NCBI GenBank assembly: GCA_041855645.1
Contig: JBHAEN010000055.1
Coordinates: 1 to 42,448 of the forward strand
Reading direction: 5' to 3'
DNA from: Bacteroides sp.
Lineage (GTDB): Bacteria > Bacteroidota > Bacteroidia > Bacteroidales > Bacteroidaceae
DNA: 42,448 bases
This document shows positions 28,630-38,393 of this stretch, piece by piece (within the stretch, counting starts at the first letter, position 1; each line of letters opens with the position of its first letter). The translations under genes were made by a program, and so were the position numbers. The notes below the pieces were generated by a model. The model searched no databases. It was not told the DNA's origin and saw only the letters and a program-made list of their open reading frames with translations.

Positions 28630-29208
28630 TCAGGGCAGCAGTTGCAAGTCGAGATACATCGCCCGATAGAAATCGGCTTTTTTCTCCAAAGCCAGCGGGT
28701 ATGCGCGCGAAGAGGACGGCATGCGGTACAGTCGCATCGCCCGCCCGGAGAAGGTGAATGAAGAGAAAGCCCCCACCTGAGGTTCGTTGACGACAAACTG
28801 CCCGAGCACAACCTCCGTGGCCTTTTGTCCGGTGGTGACGATGGCTTCGCATCGGGGCAAAAGGCGCAAGAGCGAACCGACGTCGGTGGGGCTGACCACT
28901 TCCAGAAACTTGTCGGAAGCATTGTCTTGCAGTCGTCTGACGGCCGATGCCGCATCGAAGAGGGCGATGCCTTTCCGGCCGAGAAAGTCGGCTATGCGTT
29001 CTCGGCAGAAGGCTTTCCGGTGGGACTCCAGAAAATGATTCTTATCGTTGAAGAAGATCAGGCCGGTGATTCGCCACATGTCGTTGTTCAGGTTCGGATA
29101 GTAAAAATCCATCGACCAGCGTTTCTTTTGAGGCGGAAAGCTGCCCAGCATCAGGAGCTTGGCGTTGTCCGGCAGGAAAGGCTGCAAGGGGTGGCTCTCT
29201 ATTTCCAT
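28630..29208 (-). CDS. Uracil-DNA glycosylase superfamily protein (MUG/hypoxanthine-glycosylase-like)
   Basis: LMLGSFPP, FYYPN..NDMWR, ASDKFLEVV, TTGQKA and MPSSSRAYP. ATG at 29208. Confidence 0.85.
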   Translation of the reverse strand: MEIESHPLQPFLPDNAKLLMLGSFPPQKKRWSMDFYYPNLNNDMWRITGLIFFNDKNHFLESHRKAFCRERIADFLGRKGIALFDAASAVRRLQDNASDKFLEVVSPTDVGSLLRLLPRCEAIVTTGQKATEVVLGQFVVNEPQVGAFSSFTFSGRAMRLYRMPSSSRAYPLALEKKADFYRAMYLDLQLLP

Positions 29209-29241
29209 ATTTCGTTTTTTAGGGTTTTTGCTTTGATTTTT

Positions 29242-29284
29242 CACAAAAGTAGTGACAAACTCTCTAACTTTAGCTACTTTTGTG
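29242..29284. promoter_or_regulatory. Back-to-back divergent -7 promoter boxes forming an 11-bp inverted repeat
   Basis: CACAAAAGTAG (29242-29252) and CTACTTTTGTG (29274-29284). Each arm contains TACTTTTG facing one of the two divergent genes. Confidence 0.6.
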
Positions 29285-29308
29285 CCTTCATTTTAACGTA
29301 TATTCATC

Positions 29309-30013
29309 ATGAGAAAAGTTATTTCGGTTCTTTCCTTGTGCCTTGTGCTTTCCGCGTTTGCCGGTTTGCAGGCACAAAACATTCAATTGCATTATGATTT
29401 CGGCCGTTCCCTCTACAATGCGGATTTGAACAGCCGTTCGATTCTCACCACTACGGTGGAAAAGTTTCAGCCCGACGCTTGGGGAAGCACTTTCTTCTTT
29501 GTCGACATGGATTATACTTCGAAAGGAGTGGCCTCGGCTTATTGGGAAATTGCGCGTGAACTGAAGTTCTGGAAAGGTCCTTTCTCGGCACACATCGAGT
29601 ATAACGGCGGCCTGACCAATGCTTTTTCATTCAACAACGCCTATCTGGGCGGTGCCACCTATACGTGGAACGACGCCTCTTTCGGCAAGGGATTTACGCT
29701 GACGGCCATGTACAAGCATATCCAGAAGCACGATGAGCCGCACAACTTCCAGTTGACGGGCACGTGGTACATGAATTTCTGCGATCGTTTGCTCACGTTC
29801 TGCGGCTTTGCCGACTATTGGCGCGAAAAATATGCCGACCGTACGATGATTTTCTTGAGCGAACCTCAATTCTGGGTCAATCTGAATCGACTGAAGGGAG
29901 TCAATAAGAATTTTAACCTGAGTGTGGGCACTGAGGTGGAAATCAGCAATAATTTTGTTCGGAAAGGTTTCTATGCCATTCCCACTCTCGCCGTAAAATG
30001 GACGCTGAACTGA
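29309..30013 (+). CDS. DUF5020 family / Tsx-like nucleoside-specific outer membrane channel
   Basis: Signal peptide then QNIQLHYDFG, TTTVE.F.PD.WGSTFFFVDMDY, AYWEIAREL and FLSEPQFW. Beta-barrel pattern with C-terminal PTLAVKWTLN. Confidence 0.8.
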   Translation: MRKVISVLSLCLVLSAFAGLQAQNIQLHYDFGRSLYNADLNSRSILTTTVEKFQPDAWGSTFFFVDMDYTSKGVASAYWEIARELKFWKGPFSAHIEYNGGLTNAFSFNNAYLGGATYTWNDASFGKGFTLTAMYKHIQKHDEPHNFQLTGTWYMNFCDRLLTFCGFADYWREKYADRTMIFLSEPQFWVNLNRLKGVNKNFNLSVGTEVEISNNFVRKGFYAIPTLAVKWTLN

Positions 30014-30021
30014 ACCGGACA

Positions 30022-31350
30022 ATGAAGACGGATTTGATTTATGGCGTTGAATCGCGTCCGCCATTTAAAGATGCGCTTTTTGCGGCCATTCAGCATTTGC
30101 TGGCCATTTTTGTGGGCATCATCACGCCTCCGCTCATTATTGCGGGCGCGTTGAAACTGGATGTTCCCACCACGGGCTTTCTGGTTTCCATGGCCTTGTT
30201 CGTTTCGGGCGTCTCGACCTATATCCAGTGCCGTCGTTTCGGTTCTCTCGGAGCCGGTTTGCTTTGCATTCAGGGAACCAGTTTTTCGTTCATCGGCCCC
30301 ATTATATCGACGGGACTGGCCGGCGGTCTGCCGCTGATCTTCGGAGCCTGCATTGCCGCGGCTCCCATCGAGATGGTGGTGAGTCGCACGTTTAAGTACT
30401 TGCGTCACATCATCACGCCTGTGGTTTCGGGCATTGTGGTGTTGCTCATCGGGCTCAGCCTGATTAAAGTAGGGATTGTGGCATGCGGTGGCGGTTACGG
30501 AGCCATGGAGAACAACACGTTCGGCGCGTGGGAAAACCTGTCCATTGCGGCTGCGGTGTTGCTTAGCGTGCTTTTCTTCAACCGTAGCGGGAATAAGTAT
30601 CTGCGCATGAGTTCCATCGTGCTAGGAATTTGCTTCGGCTACGGTCTGGCCTTTTTCCTTGGAAAGGTAGATATGAGTGCGTTGAGCAGCGATACGCTTA
30701 TGCGTTTCAACGTACCGTTGCCTTTTAAATACGGAATTGATTTCAATCTTTCTTCGTTCATCGCCATCGGGTTGGTCTATCTGATTACGGCCATTGAAGC
30801 GACCGGTGATATTACGGCCAATTAGATGATATCCGGCTTGCCGATTGAAGGAGAACCTTACCTGAAACGAGTGTCGGGAGGGGTGTTGGCCGATGGCTTT
30901 AATTCCATGCTGGCCGGTGTTTTCAACTCTTTCCCCAACTCCATTTTTGCTCAGAACAACGGCATTATTCAGCTCACGGGCGTGGCAAGCCGCCATGTGG
31001 GCTATTATATCGCCGCCATGCTGGTGTTGCTCGGTCTTTTTCCCGTGGTGGGAGTCTTGTTCTCGGTGATGCCCGATCCCGTGCTTGGCGGAGCCACGTT
31101 GCTTATGTTCGGAACCGTGGCAGCGGCGGGCGTGCGCATTGTCTCTTCTCAGCACATTGGCCGTAAGGAAACGCTCGTTCTGGCCGTGAGTCTCTCGTTG
31201 GGCTTGGGTGTGGAACTGATGCCCGATGTGTTGAAGCAGGCTCCGGAAGCCATTCGCAGCATATTTTCTTCGGGCATCACCACGGGAGGTTTGGCAGCCA
31301 TCGTCGCCAATGCTGTGATTCGGGTGAAGGGCGGTGAGGAAGAAGCATGA
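30022..31350 (+). pseudogene. NCS2 family xanthine/uracil permease interrupted by an in-frame TAG at 30823-30825
   Basis: Two abutting same-frame ORFs (..GDITAN*MISG..). The N-part has QHLLAIF and IQGTSFSF; the C-part has the NCS2 signature FAQNNGIIQLTGVASR and PVLGGA. Confidence 0.85.
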
Positions 31351-31372
31351 GAAGTGTTCTCGTAGCGATATG

Positions 31373-31410
31373 AAAAAAGAGCGAAGTACGGAAAACTTCG
31401 CTCTTTTCTT
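31373..31410. terminator. Bidirectional intrinsic terminator
   Basis: Perfect 13-bp inverted repeat AAAAGAGCGAAGT (31375-31387) / ACTTCGCTCTTTT (31395-31407) between convergent genes. Confidence 0.85.
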
Positions 31411-31433
31411 ATCTATCGTATGGATTCTCCGGA

Positions 31434-31841
31434 TCAGTAAGAAATCAACGGCTCTAATTCTTTGGCTTGAGCAATCATCTTTTCCAGTTCGGCCAATGAG
31501 GGAACACGGTTGCAAAGATTTTTGGCTTCATTGGTTTCCACGACTTTGGCATGCAAATTGGCCGGAACGCGGTGGCGGAGTTCCTTTACGGTGTCTACGC
31601 CGGCTGCCTCAAGCAATTCGGCAAATTGTCCGGCAATTCCGTTGATGCGGAACAAGTCGGCATGGTTTGTCCATTTCAGAATCAGTTTTTCGCTGATTCC
31701 GGTTTCTTCGGCAAGTTTTTCACGACCGCTCTTTTTTGCACATTTGGCCAGCAGGTCGGCCGTCGTTTTGATACCGGCTGCGTTTAATTTCTTTGCGTAC
31801 GCTTCACCAACGCCTTCGATTTGTTCAATTTTGTTAGACAT
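31434..31841 (-). CDS. DUF4332 domain protein (tandem helix-hairpin-helix)
   Basis: IEQIEGVG..YAKKL.AAGI and W.NHADLFRINGIAGQFAELLEAAGVDTVKEL..R.P.NL. ATG at 31841. Confidence 0.88.
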   Translation of the reverse strand: MSNKIEQIEGVGEAYAKKLNAAGIKTTADLLAKCAKKSGREKLAEETGISEKLILKWTNHADLFRINGIAGQFAELLEAAGVDTVKELRHRVPANLHAKVVETNEAKNLCNRVPSLAELEKMIAQAKELEPLISY

Positions 31842-32095
31842 AACTTGAAAATTTAAAAGATGAGTACTTAAATCCGGTACAATGTTAGATTTTTTTTTTG
31901 ACAAATCCATAAGGATTAAATACAAAAAGTGCTAAAATCCCTTCGTTCGCACGCTTTTATGGACGCCGCGTCGAAAAAAGGGGGGCATGGTTTGCGTTTT
32001 AACAAATAATTCATTTATTTCGCCATATCTTAAACTTTCCGCAAGCCGTTCCGCGCGGAGGAATGAACATGAATACTGTAAGAAACGTAAACAAT

Positions 32096-33145
32096 ATGGA
32101 CAACCATGTAGTGATAATGGCCGGCGGTATCGGTAGCCGTTTTTGGCCGATGAGTACCCCCGAGTGCCCGAAACAGTTTATTGACGTGATGGGATGCGGC
32201 CGTTCGCTGATTCAACTTACGGCCGACCGCTTCGAGGGTATTTGCCCCCCTCAAAACGTGTGGGTCGTGACCTCCGAAAAATATGTGGATTGGGTGCGTC
32301 GGCAATTGCCCGAAGTGCCTGAAAGCAACATCTTGGCCGAACCTTGTGCGCGGAATACGGCTCCCTGCATCGCGTACGCTTGTTGGAAAATTAAAAAACG
32401 CCATCCGAATGCCAATGTGGTGGTTACGCCTTCGGACGCGCTGGTGGTGAATACCGTTGAGTTTCGTCGTGTCATAGAGAAATCGCTCCGCTTCACCAAC
32501 GATAGCAGTGCCATTGTGACAATCGGCATCCAACCCACCCGCCCCGAGACCGGTTACGGTTATATCGCCGCCGGCAGTCATCTGCTTTCGGATAAAGAAA
32601 TCGCCGCGGTGGATGCTTTCAAGGAAAAGCCCGATAAAGATACGGCCGAAAAGTATTTGGCGGCAGGCAACTATTATTGGAATGCGGGCATCTTCGTGTG
32701 GAACGTGCGTACGGTGACTTCAGTGATGCGCGTTTATGCTCCGGGCATCGCCCAAGTCTTTGACCGGCTGTTCCCGCATTTCTGCACCGAAACGGAGAGC
32801 GAAATGGTAAAAAAACTGTTCCCCACCTGCGAAAGCATTTCCATCGACTATGCCGTCATGGAAAAAGCGCAGGAAATTTATGTGCTGCCCGCTTCATTCG
32901 GCTGGTCGGACTTGGGAACGTGGGGAGCCTTGCACGGTTTGCTGCCGCACGATGCCGCAAACAATGCCGTTGTGGGAACGAACGTCCGCCTGTTTGAAAG
33001 CAATAACTGTATCGTGCATGTCGGTACGGAGAAACGGGTGGTTGTCCAAGGACTCGACGGCTATATCATTGCCGAGAAAGACAATACGTTGCTGATTTGC
33101 AAGTTGGACGAAGAGCAACGGATCAAGGACTTTTCCAAAGATTAG
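32096..33145 (+). CDS. manC: Mannose-1-phosphate guanylyltransferase
   Basis: VIMAGGIGSRFWPMS..PKQF, EPCARNTAPCI, PETGYGYI, FKEKP, WNAGIF, SIDYAVME and WSDLGTW. ATG at 32096 preferred. Confidence 0.93.
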   Translation: MDNHVVIMAGGIGSRFWPMSTPECPKQFIDVMGCGRSLIQLTADRFEGICPPQNVWVVTSEKYVDWVRRQLPEVPESNILAEPCARNTAPCIAYACWKIKKRHPNANVVVTPSDALVVNTVEFRRVIEKSLRFTNDSSAIVTIGIQPTRPETGYGYIAAGSHLLSDKEIAAVDAFKEKPDKDTAEKYLAAGNYYWNAGIFVWNVRTVTSVMRVYAPGIAQVFDRLFPHFCTETESEMVKKLFPTCESISIDYAVMEKAQEIYVLPASFGWSDLGTWGALHGLLPHDAANNAVVGTNVRLFESNNCIVHVGTEKRVVVQGLDGYIIAEKDNTLLICKLDEEQRIKDFSKD

Positions 33146-33195
33146 AGAAGGAAGACTTTTTTTGGGGGGGAGATGCACTGATTCCCTCCCCACGA

Positions 33196-33642
33196 TCAAT
33201 CTTTGGTATTGAAGAAAACCTTCTTCAGCACCTCTTGCCCGATGCTCAGTTCTTCGAGTGTGATGCCCTGTAAAGCCTCACGCAATGTTTGTCCGACAAC
33301 GCTACGTGCCTTTTCTTCCAACTCGCGCCCGTCTTTCGTCAAATGGATGAGGTTGGTGCGACGGTCTTTTTTGTCCGAAATGCGTACCACCAGGTGTTGG
33401 CGTTCCATGTTGTCGATGAGGCGCGTCATGCTTGGCTTGTCTTTGAAAGTGGCATGGCATAACTCCTGCTGATTGACTCCGTCTTTTTCCCAAAGAAAGA
33501 TAAGCACGGTCCACTGTTCCGGAGTGATTTCCAATCCGTTTTGGCGGAAGTTGCGATACAGTTTTCTGTTGATGGCGGCAGATACTTTTCCGTTCAGGAT
33601 GGCGAAAATGAGCCGGATGTCAAAATTAAATTGTTCTATCAT
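33196..33642 (-). CDS. MarR family transcriptional regulator
   Basis: ITPEQWTVL, KDKPSMTRLID.ME and DRRTNLIHLT..G. Confidence 0.93.
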   Translation of the reverse strand: MIEQFNFDIRLIFAILNGKVSAAINRKLYRNFRQNGLEITPEQWTVLIFLWEKDGVNQQELCHATFKDKPSMTRLIDNMERQHLVVRISDKKDRRTNLIHLTKDGRELEEKARSVVGQTLREALQGITLEELSIGQEVLKKVFFNTKD

Positions 33643-33791
33643 GGAATTATTGTTTCAACAACTTCGCAAAAATACGTTTCTTCCGGAATAAAACCTATTT
33701 TCTTCTTCAAAAATGGCGGAATGCGCATTTCGGTGCCGGACGCGGCCAAACTTTAACCGCACCGTTTACCTCTTGCCACCGATATTATTAC

Positions 33792-33799
33792 TATCTTTG
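33792..33799 (+). promoter_or_regulatory. -7 promoter box (TATCTTTG) for the DUF4199-to-apbE gene run
   Basis: Exact TAnnTTTG 20 bp upstream of the ATG at 33819. The divergent marR box TATTTTTG is at 33667-33674 (-). Confidence 0.6.
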
Positions 33800-33818
33800 T
33801 AGCCTATTACAGAAAACA

Positions 33819-34379
33819 ATGGCAGAAAATAGAAATAATCAACAAAAATACGCCATGTACTTCGGTACGTATATGGGGGTGTATTGGATTCTGAAATTCG
33901 TATTATTCCCTTTGGGATTCGGCATTCCCTTTCTTTCTCTTCTTTTCATCATCCTCACGTTGGCTGTGCCTTTCATCGGTTTTCATTACGCCAAGACTTA
34001 TCGCGACAGGGTATGCGGAGGCTCAATCAGTTTTTCGCACGCCGCATTCTTTACCCTGCTCATGTACATGTTCGCTTCTTTGTTGGTGGCCGTGGCCCAC
34101 TATGTCTATTTCCAGTTCATCGACCACGGCTTCATCCTGAAATCGTATTCCGAATTGTGGAAAGAACTGATCGCCCAGTCTCCCGGACTGATTGAGAATA
34201 GAGAGGTCATCGAAGAAGCCATCCTTTCCGCGCAATCATTGACTCCGATTCACATCACCTTGCAACTATTCTCTTGGGACATCATCTGGGCCGGCATCCT
34301 TGCCATCCCCACGGGATTGATGGTTATGAAGAAACCGTCGGATGCGGCGAAAGGCCAATACGATGAAACACCCCGGTAG
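33819..34379 (+). CDS. DUF4199 family membrane protein
   Basis: Four hydrophobic segments; KYAMYFGTYMG, YRD...GG.ISF and YVYFQFID. Confidence 0.8.
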   Translation: MAENRNNQQKYAMYFGTYMGVYWILKFVLFPLGFGIPFLSLLFIILTLAVPFIGFHYAKTYRDRVCGGSISFSHAAFFTLLMYMFASLLVAVAHYVYFQFIDHGFILKSYSELWKELIAQSPGLIENREVIEEAILSAQSLTPIHITLQLFSWDIIWAGILAIPTGLMVMKKPSDAAKGQYDETPR

Positions 34380-34423
34380 AGTTTTTTTGCCGGAGAAATA
34401 AAAACAACAGTACAGAAAGAGAT

Positions 34424-35374
34424 ATGGATATATCAGTAGTCGTCCCCTTATTCAACGAAGAAGAATCTCTGCCCGAACTTTACGCATGGATCGAACGGGT
34501 AATGCAAGAGAACGGATTCACGTTTGAAGTCATCTTCGTCAACGACGGAAGCACCGACCGTTCATGGGAAGTGATTGAACAACTGAAAGCCCGATCGCCT
34601 CACGTGAAAGGAATCAAGTTCCGCCGCAACTACGGAAAGTCGCCCGCCCTTTACTGCGGTTTTGAGGAAGCGCAGGGAGAGGTCGTGATCACGATGGATG
34701 CCGACTTGCAGGACAGCCCCGACGAGATTCCCGGACTCTACCGGATGATCGTCGAGGAACAGTATGACTTAGTGTCGGGCTGGAAACAGAAACGCTACGA
34801 TCCGCTGTCGAAGACATTGCCCACCAAACTGTTCAACGCCACGGCGCGCAAAGTGTCGGGCATCAAGAATCTGCACGATTTCAACTGCGGGCTGAAAGCC
34901 TATCGGAAAGAGGTGATAAAGAATATCGAAGTTTATGGCGAAATGCATCGTTACATCCCCTATTTGGCCAAGAATGCGGGATTCGCGAGAATCGGTGAGA
35001 AAATCGTACAGCATCAAGCCCGCAAATACGGAACGACGAAATTCGGGCTTAACCGTTTCATCAATGGCTACTTGGATCTGATAACCCTTTGGTTCCTGTC
35101 CCGCTTCGGCGTCAAGCCCATGCACTTCTTCGGGTTACTCGGTTCGCTGATGTTTTTGATGGGTATGCTCTCGGTCATCGTGGTGGGAGCCGGCAAACTC
35201 TATGCCATGTCGCGCGGACTTCCTTATCGTCTGGTTACCGATTCGCCCTACTTCTATCTTTCGCTCACCGCCATGGTCATCGGCACGCAGCTGTTTCTCA
35301 CGGGATTCCTCGGCGAACTGATTTCACGCAATTCGTCCGAACGCAACAACTACCAGATAGAAAAGAAGATTTGA
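34424..35374 (+). CDS. GT2 glycosyltransferase (polyprenol-phosphate glycosyltransferase, ArnC/GtrB-like)
   Basis: ISVVVPLFNEEE, VNDGSTD, RNYGKS, DXD motif MDADLQD, HDFNCGLKAY and two C-terminal TM helices. Confidence 0.92.
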   Translation: MDISVVVPLFNEEESLPELYAWIERVMQENGFTFEVIFVNDGSTDRSWEVIEQLKARSPHVKGIKFRRNYGKSPALYCGFEEAQGEVVITMDADLQDSPDEIPGLYRMIVEEQYDLVSGWKQKRYDPLSKTLPTKLFNATARKVSGIKNLHDFNCGLKAYRKEVIKNIEVYGEMHRYIPYLAKNAGFARIGEKIVQHQARKYGTTKFGLNRFINGYLDLITLWFLSRFGVKPMHFFGLLGSLMFLMGMLSVIVVGAGKLYAMSRGLPYRLVTDSPYFYLSLTAMVIGTQLFLTGFLGELISRNSSERNNYQIEKKI

Positions 35375-35387
35375 ATATTCACCGGTT

Positions 35388-35915
35388 ATGAAGCAACTCA
35401 TTCGCATTCTCTTTCTGCTTATCCTCACGGGGAGCATCATCGGTCTTCAGAGTTCGTGTGCCGAAGAAAGCGACTGCTCCATGATGGGACGTCCGCTGAT
35501 GCATTGCACGCTTTACAGCATCAATCCGCAAACGCAACACATCCGAAAGGATACGCTCGATTCGCTCACCGTTCTGGCCGTCGGAACCGACTCGGTTATT
35601 CTGAACAACCAGAAAAACGTACATACGCTCTCACTTCCCCTGCGTTATAACGCCGATGTGACCGGACTGATTTTTCAATACGCGCCGAATACGTCGCCGA
35701 GCTATGTCGATACGGTTTACATTTATCACACCAACACGCCTTTCTTCCAGTCGACCGACTGCGGCTATCTCATGAAACAGGCTATCGACAGCGTGATCGT
35801 TCGCTCCCGCCGATTGCCTGAAGAACCCTTGCATATAGACGCGGTGGAGATAACCAACAACGAAGCCAATATTTATGGGAATCAGAATCTGCAATTATTC
35901 TACAGCTTCCGGTAA
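35388..35915 (+). CDS. Hypothetical lipoprotein (DUF6452-like)
   Basis: Lipoprotein signal QSSC-AEESDC, DSVILN..LSLPL and PFFQSTDCG. Confidence 0.7.
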   Translation: MKQLIRILFLLILTGSIIGLQSSCAEESDCSMMGRPLMHCTLYSINPQTQHIRKDTLDSLTVLAVGTDSVILNNQKNVHTLSLPLRYNADVTGLIFQYAPNTSPSYVDTVYIYHTNTPFFQSTDCGYLMKQAIDSVIVRSRRLPEEPLHIDAVEITNNEANIYGNQNLQLFYSFR

Positions 35916-36666
35916 AGCAAGGCTTCGATTCATCGGCCTGCTTTTCCTGCTCTGCCTGACATGGACTGCCGCCGCTCAGCAAGAGCCGCGACGAGTTCCC
36001 CGGAAAGTTTCCCGGAACGAGGTTCCGCAAGCGAAGCCGCACCACACAGAACCCGACACCATTCCGCTATATACCGGAACTTTTGTGGGTTTCGATATCT
36101 TCGGATTGGGAAGCCGGATTCTTGGCAGCGATTATACCGGAGCCGAAGTCGGCATAAATGTTCATTTGAAGAACAGGTTTATCCCCACCTTGGAAATCGG
36201 TATGGGGAAAACCGATGTGGGAACCGAAACCGGCATCTTCTACAAGAGTAAGAGCGCACCCTACTTCCGTATCGGCATGGACTACAACACTCTGTTCAAA
36301 AAACAGCAAAGAGAAGGTATTCTTTACGTTGGCGTGCGTTACGCGTTCTCCTCTTTCAGTTACGACATTTATTCCCTCCCGAACGACGGTACGGCCATCG
36401 CTTCGCTCACCGACGGAATCTGGAATGAAAGCGTTCCGTTCAACTATACCGGGCTGAAAAGCAGCATGCGCTGGCTGGAATTTCTTGTCGGCGTCAAAAT
36501 ACGGGTTTACCGTAACTTCCAGATGGGATGGTCGATACGCATGAAGTACAAAACCTCGGCCTCGATTGCCGAAAACGGCAATCCCTATCACGTGCCGGGG
36601 TATGGCCGATACGGCGCCAACACCATGGGGCTGACGTATTCACTCATTTATAAACTTCCTCTCTAA
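35875..36666 (+). CDS. Hypothetical outer-membrane beta-barrel protein (DUF6048-like)
   Basis: Signal-like N-terminus and alternating beta pattern; APYFRIGMDYN, VPGYG and C-terminal YSLIYKLPL. Start uncertain. Confidence 0.7.
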   Translation: MGIRICNYSTASGKARLRFIGLLFLLCLTWTAAAQQEPRRVPRKVSRNEVPQAKPHHTEPDTIPLYTGTFVGFDIFGLGSRILGSDYTGAEVGINVHLKNRFIPTLEIGMGKTDVGTETGIFYKSKSAPYFRIGMDYNTLFKKQQREGILYVGVRYAFSSFSYDIYSLPNDGTAIASLTDGIWNESVPFNYTGLKSSMRWLEFLVGVKIRVYRNFQMGWSIRMKYKTSASIAENGNPYHVPGYGRYGANTMGLTYSLIYKLPL

Positions 36667-36679
36667 TCCACTCAAGCCG

Positions 36680-37261
36680 ATGACGGGACTCGACGTATGG
36701 TTACTCGCTTTCGGTCTGTCCATGGACTGCCTCGCCGTAGCCATTGCCAGCGGTATTGTGTTGAGGTGCATGCGTTGGAAACCGATTCTGTCCATGGCCG
36801 TCGTGTTCGCTTTCTTTCAGGGCGGGATGCCTCTGCTCGGCTGGATGGGCGGACGTTTGTTCAGCCATCTCATCGAAAGCGTGGACCATTGGATTGCTTT
36901 TTTCATTCTCACCTATCTGGGCGTGCGCATGATCCGGCAGTCGTTTGCCGAAAAAGGTTCGCGTCTCCCCGTCGATCCGATGATTCCCGGCGTGGTGGCG
37001 TTGTTGGCCATGGCCACGAGCATAGACGCTTTGGTCATAGGCGTCTCTTTTGCTTGTCTCGGTGTTCGGGAGTGCACACAGATTCTTCCGGCCGTTGCCA
37101 TCATCGCTTTGGTGACTTTCGTCATGACCCTTTCCGGATTGCTTTTCAGCATCAAATACGGCAACACGTATGCGCGCCGGCTGCGGGCGGAATGTTGGGG
37201 CGGCGCCATCCTCGTGCTCATCGGTCTGAAAATTCTTATCGAACATCTCTTTTTCCCGTAA
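36680..37261 (+). CDS. mntP: Manganese efflux pump MntP family
   Basis: GLSMDCLAVAI, DHWIAF, LAMATSIDAL and GLKILIEH. Confidence 0.9.
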   Translation: MTGLDVWLLAFGLSMDCLAVAIASGIVLRCMRWKPILSMAVVFAFFQGGMPLLGWMGGRLFSHLIESVDHWIAFFILTYLGVRMIRQSFAEKGSRLPVDPMIPGVVALLAMATSIDALVIGVSFACLGVRECTQILPAVAIIALVTFVMTLSGLLFSIKYGNTYARRLRAECWGGAILVLIGLKILIEHLFFP

Positions 37262-37315
37262 GAATGATTCTTTTTTCATTTGTGCGGGAGTCTGTCTATC
37301 TCAAAAACGATTGGT

Positions 37316-38326
37316 ATGAAAACAAAGAAAAGTTTACTCTGGCTACTGTTTCTGCTCATTGGCACGGTATGGATTCTCGGTCGCCGGGCAGGCAAAGACG
37401 AATACCGCACCCTTAGCGGATTGGTGTTCGGCACGGTGTACAACATCACTTATCAATATCCCGACGACTTGAGGTCCGAAATCGAAGCGGAACTGAAACG
37501 CTTTGAACTTTCGCTCTCTCCGTTCAACGAAGACGCCGTCATCAGCCGCGTCAACCGAAACGAAGAAGTGGAAGTCGACAGCTTCTTCCGCCACTGTTTC
37601 GAGCGATCCATGGAAATCTCCCGGGACACCGAAGGCGCTTTCGACATCACCATAGCTCCGTTGGCCAATGCGTGGGGCTTCGGCTTCCGGAAGGGACGGT
37701 TTCCCGACTCGCTCATGGTCGACAGTCTGCTCGAGCTGACCGGCTATGAAAAGGTGCAACTGCGCGGGAACAGAGTCCGGAAAGCCGATCCGCGCATTCA
37801 GCTCAGTTGCAGTGCGGTGGCCAAAGGCTATTCGGTGGATGTGGTGGCCCGTTTGCTCGATCGCAAAGGCATCGCGAACTATATGATCGACATCGGCGGA
37901 GAAGTGGTGGTGAAAGGTAAAAACCCGAAACAACGCCTTTGGCGCATCGGTGTCAATAAACCCATAGACGACTCGTTGTCCGTGAGGCAAGATATTCAAA
38001 CCGTTTTGAAGGTGAGCGATCTCGGCTTGGCGACATCGGGCAATTACCGCAACTTCTACTACAAGGACGGCAAGAAATATGCACACACCATCGACCCGAA
38101 AACCGGATATCCCGTGCAGCACAGCATCCTTTCGGCCACGGTCGTGGCTCAGGATTGCCTCACGGCCGACGCACTGGCCACCGCCTTTATGGTCATGGGC
38201 ATGGAGAAAGCCAAAGCCTTCTGCGAAGCGCATCCGCAAATAGACGCCTATTTCATTTATAGCGATGAGCAAGGAGCTTTTGCCACTTACTTCACGGAGG
38301 GGATGAGGCGGTATTTGGACGAGTGA
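37316..38326 (+). CDS. apbE: FAD:protein FMN transferase
   Basis: FGTVYNI, GAFDITIAPL..WGF, AVAKGYSVD, IGGE, ATSGNYRN, HTIDPKTGYP and ADALATAF. ATG at 37316. Confidence 0.95.
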   Translation: MKTKKSLLWLLFLLIGTVWILGRRAGKDEYRTLSGLVFGTVYNITYQYPDDLRSEIEAELKRFELSLSPFNEDAVISRVNRNEEVEVDSFFRHCFERSMEISRDTEGAFDITIAPLANAWGFGFRKGRFPDSLMVDSLLELTGYEKVQLRGNRVRKADPRIQLSCSAVAKGYSVDVVARLLDRKGIANYMIDIGGEVVVKGKNPKQRLWRIGVNKPIDDSLSVRQDIQTVLKVSDLGLATSGNYRNFYYKDGKKYAHTIDPKTGYPVQHSILSATVVAQDCLTADALATAFMVMGMEKAKAFCEAHPQIDAYFIYSDEQGAFATYFTEGMRRYLDE

Positions 38327-38393
38327 TCGGTCTGCGTGCAAGAATCAATTATTGTCCCCAAAAACAACCTTTTAAAACTAAAGTATATCGTTT

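Noticed and set aside
29242-29284. 11-bp inverted repeat as an invertible (phase-variable) promoter
   Set aside because: The arms are themselves the -7 boxes, only 21 bp lie between them, and no recombinase is nearby.
30823-30825. TAG as pyrrolysine or genome-wide stop recoding
   Set aside because: TAG ends other intact genes here (for example at 4028, 7879 and 33145), and no pyl genes are visible.
31434-31841. DUF4332 gene as part of a defence island with cas13b
   Set aside because: It lies 6.5 kb away, separated by housekeeping genes, with no evidence of linkage.
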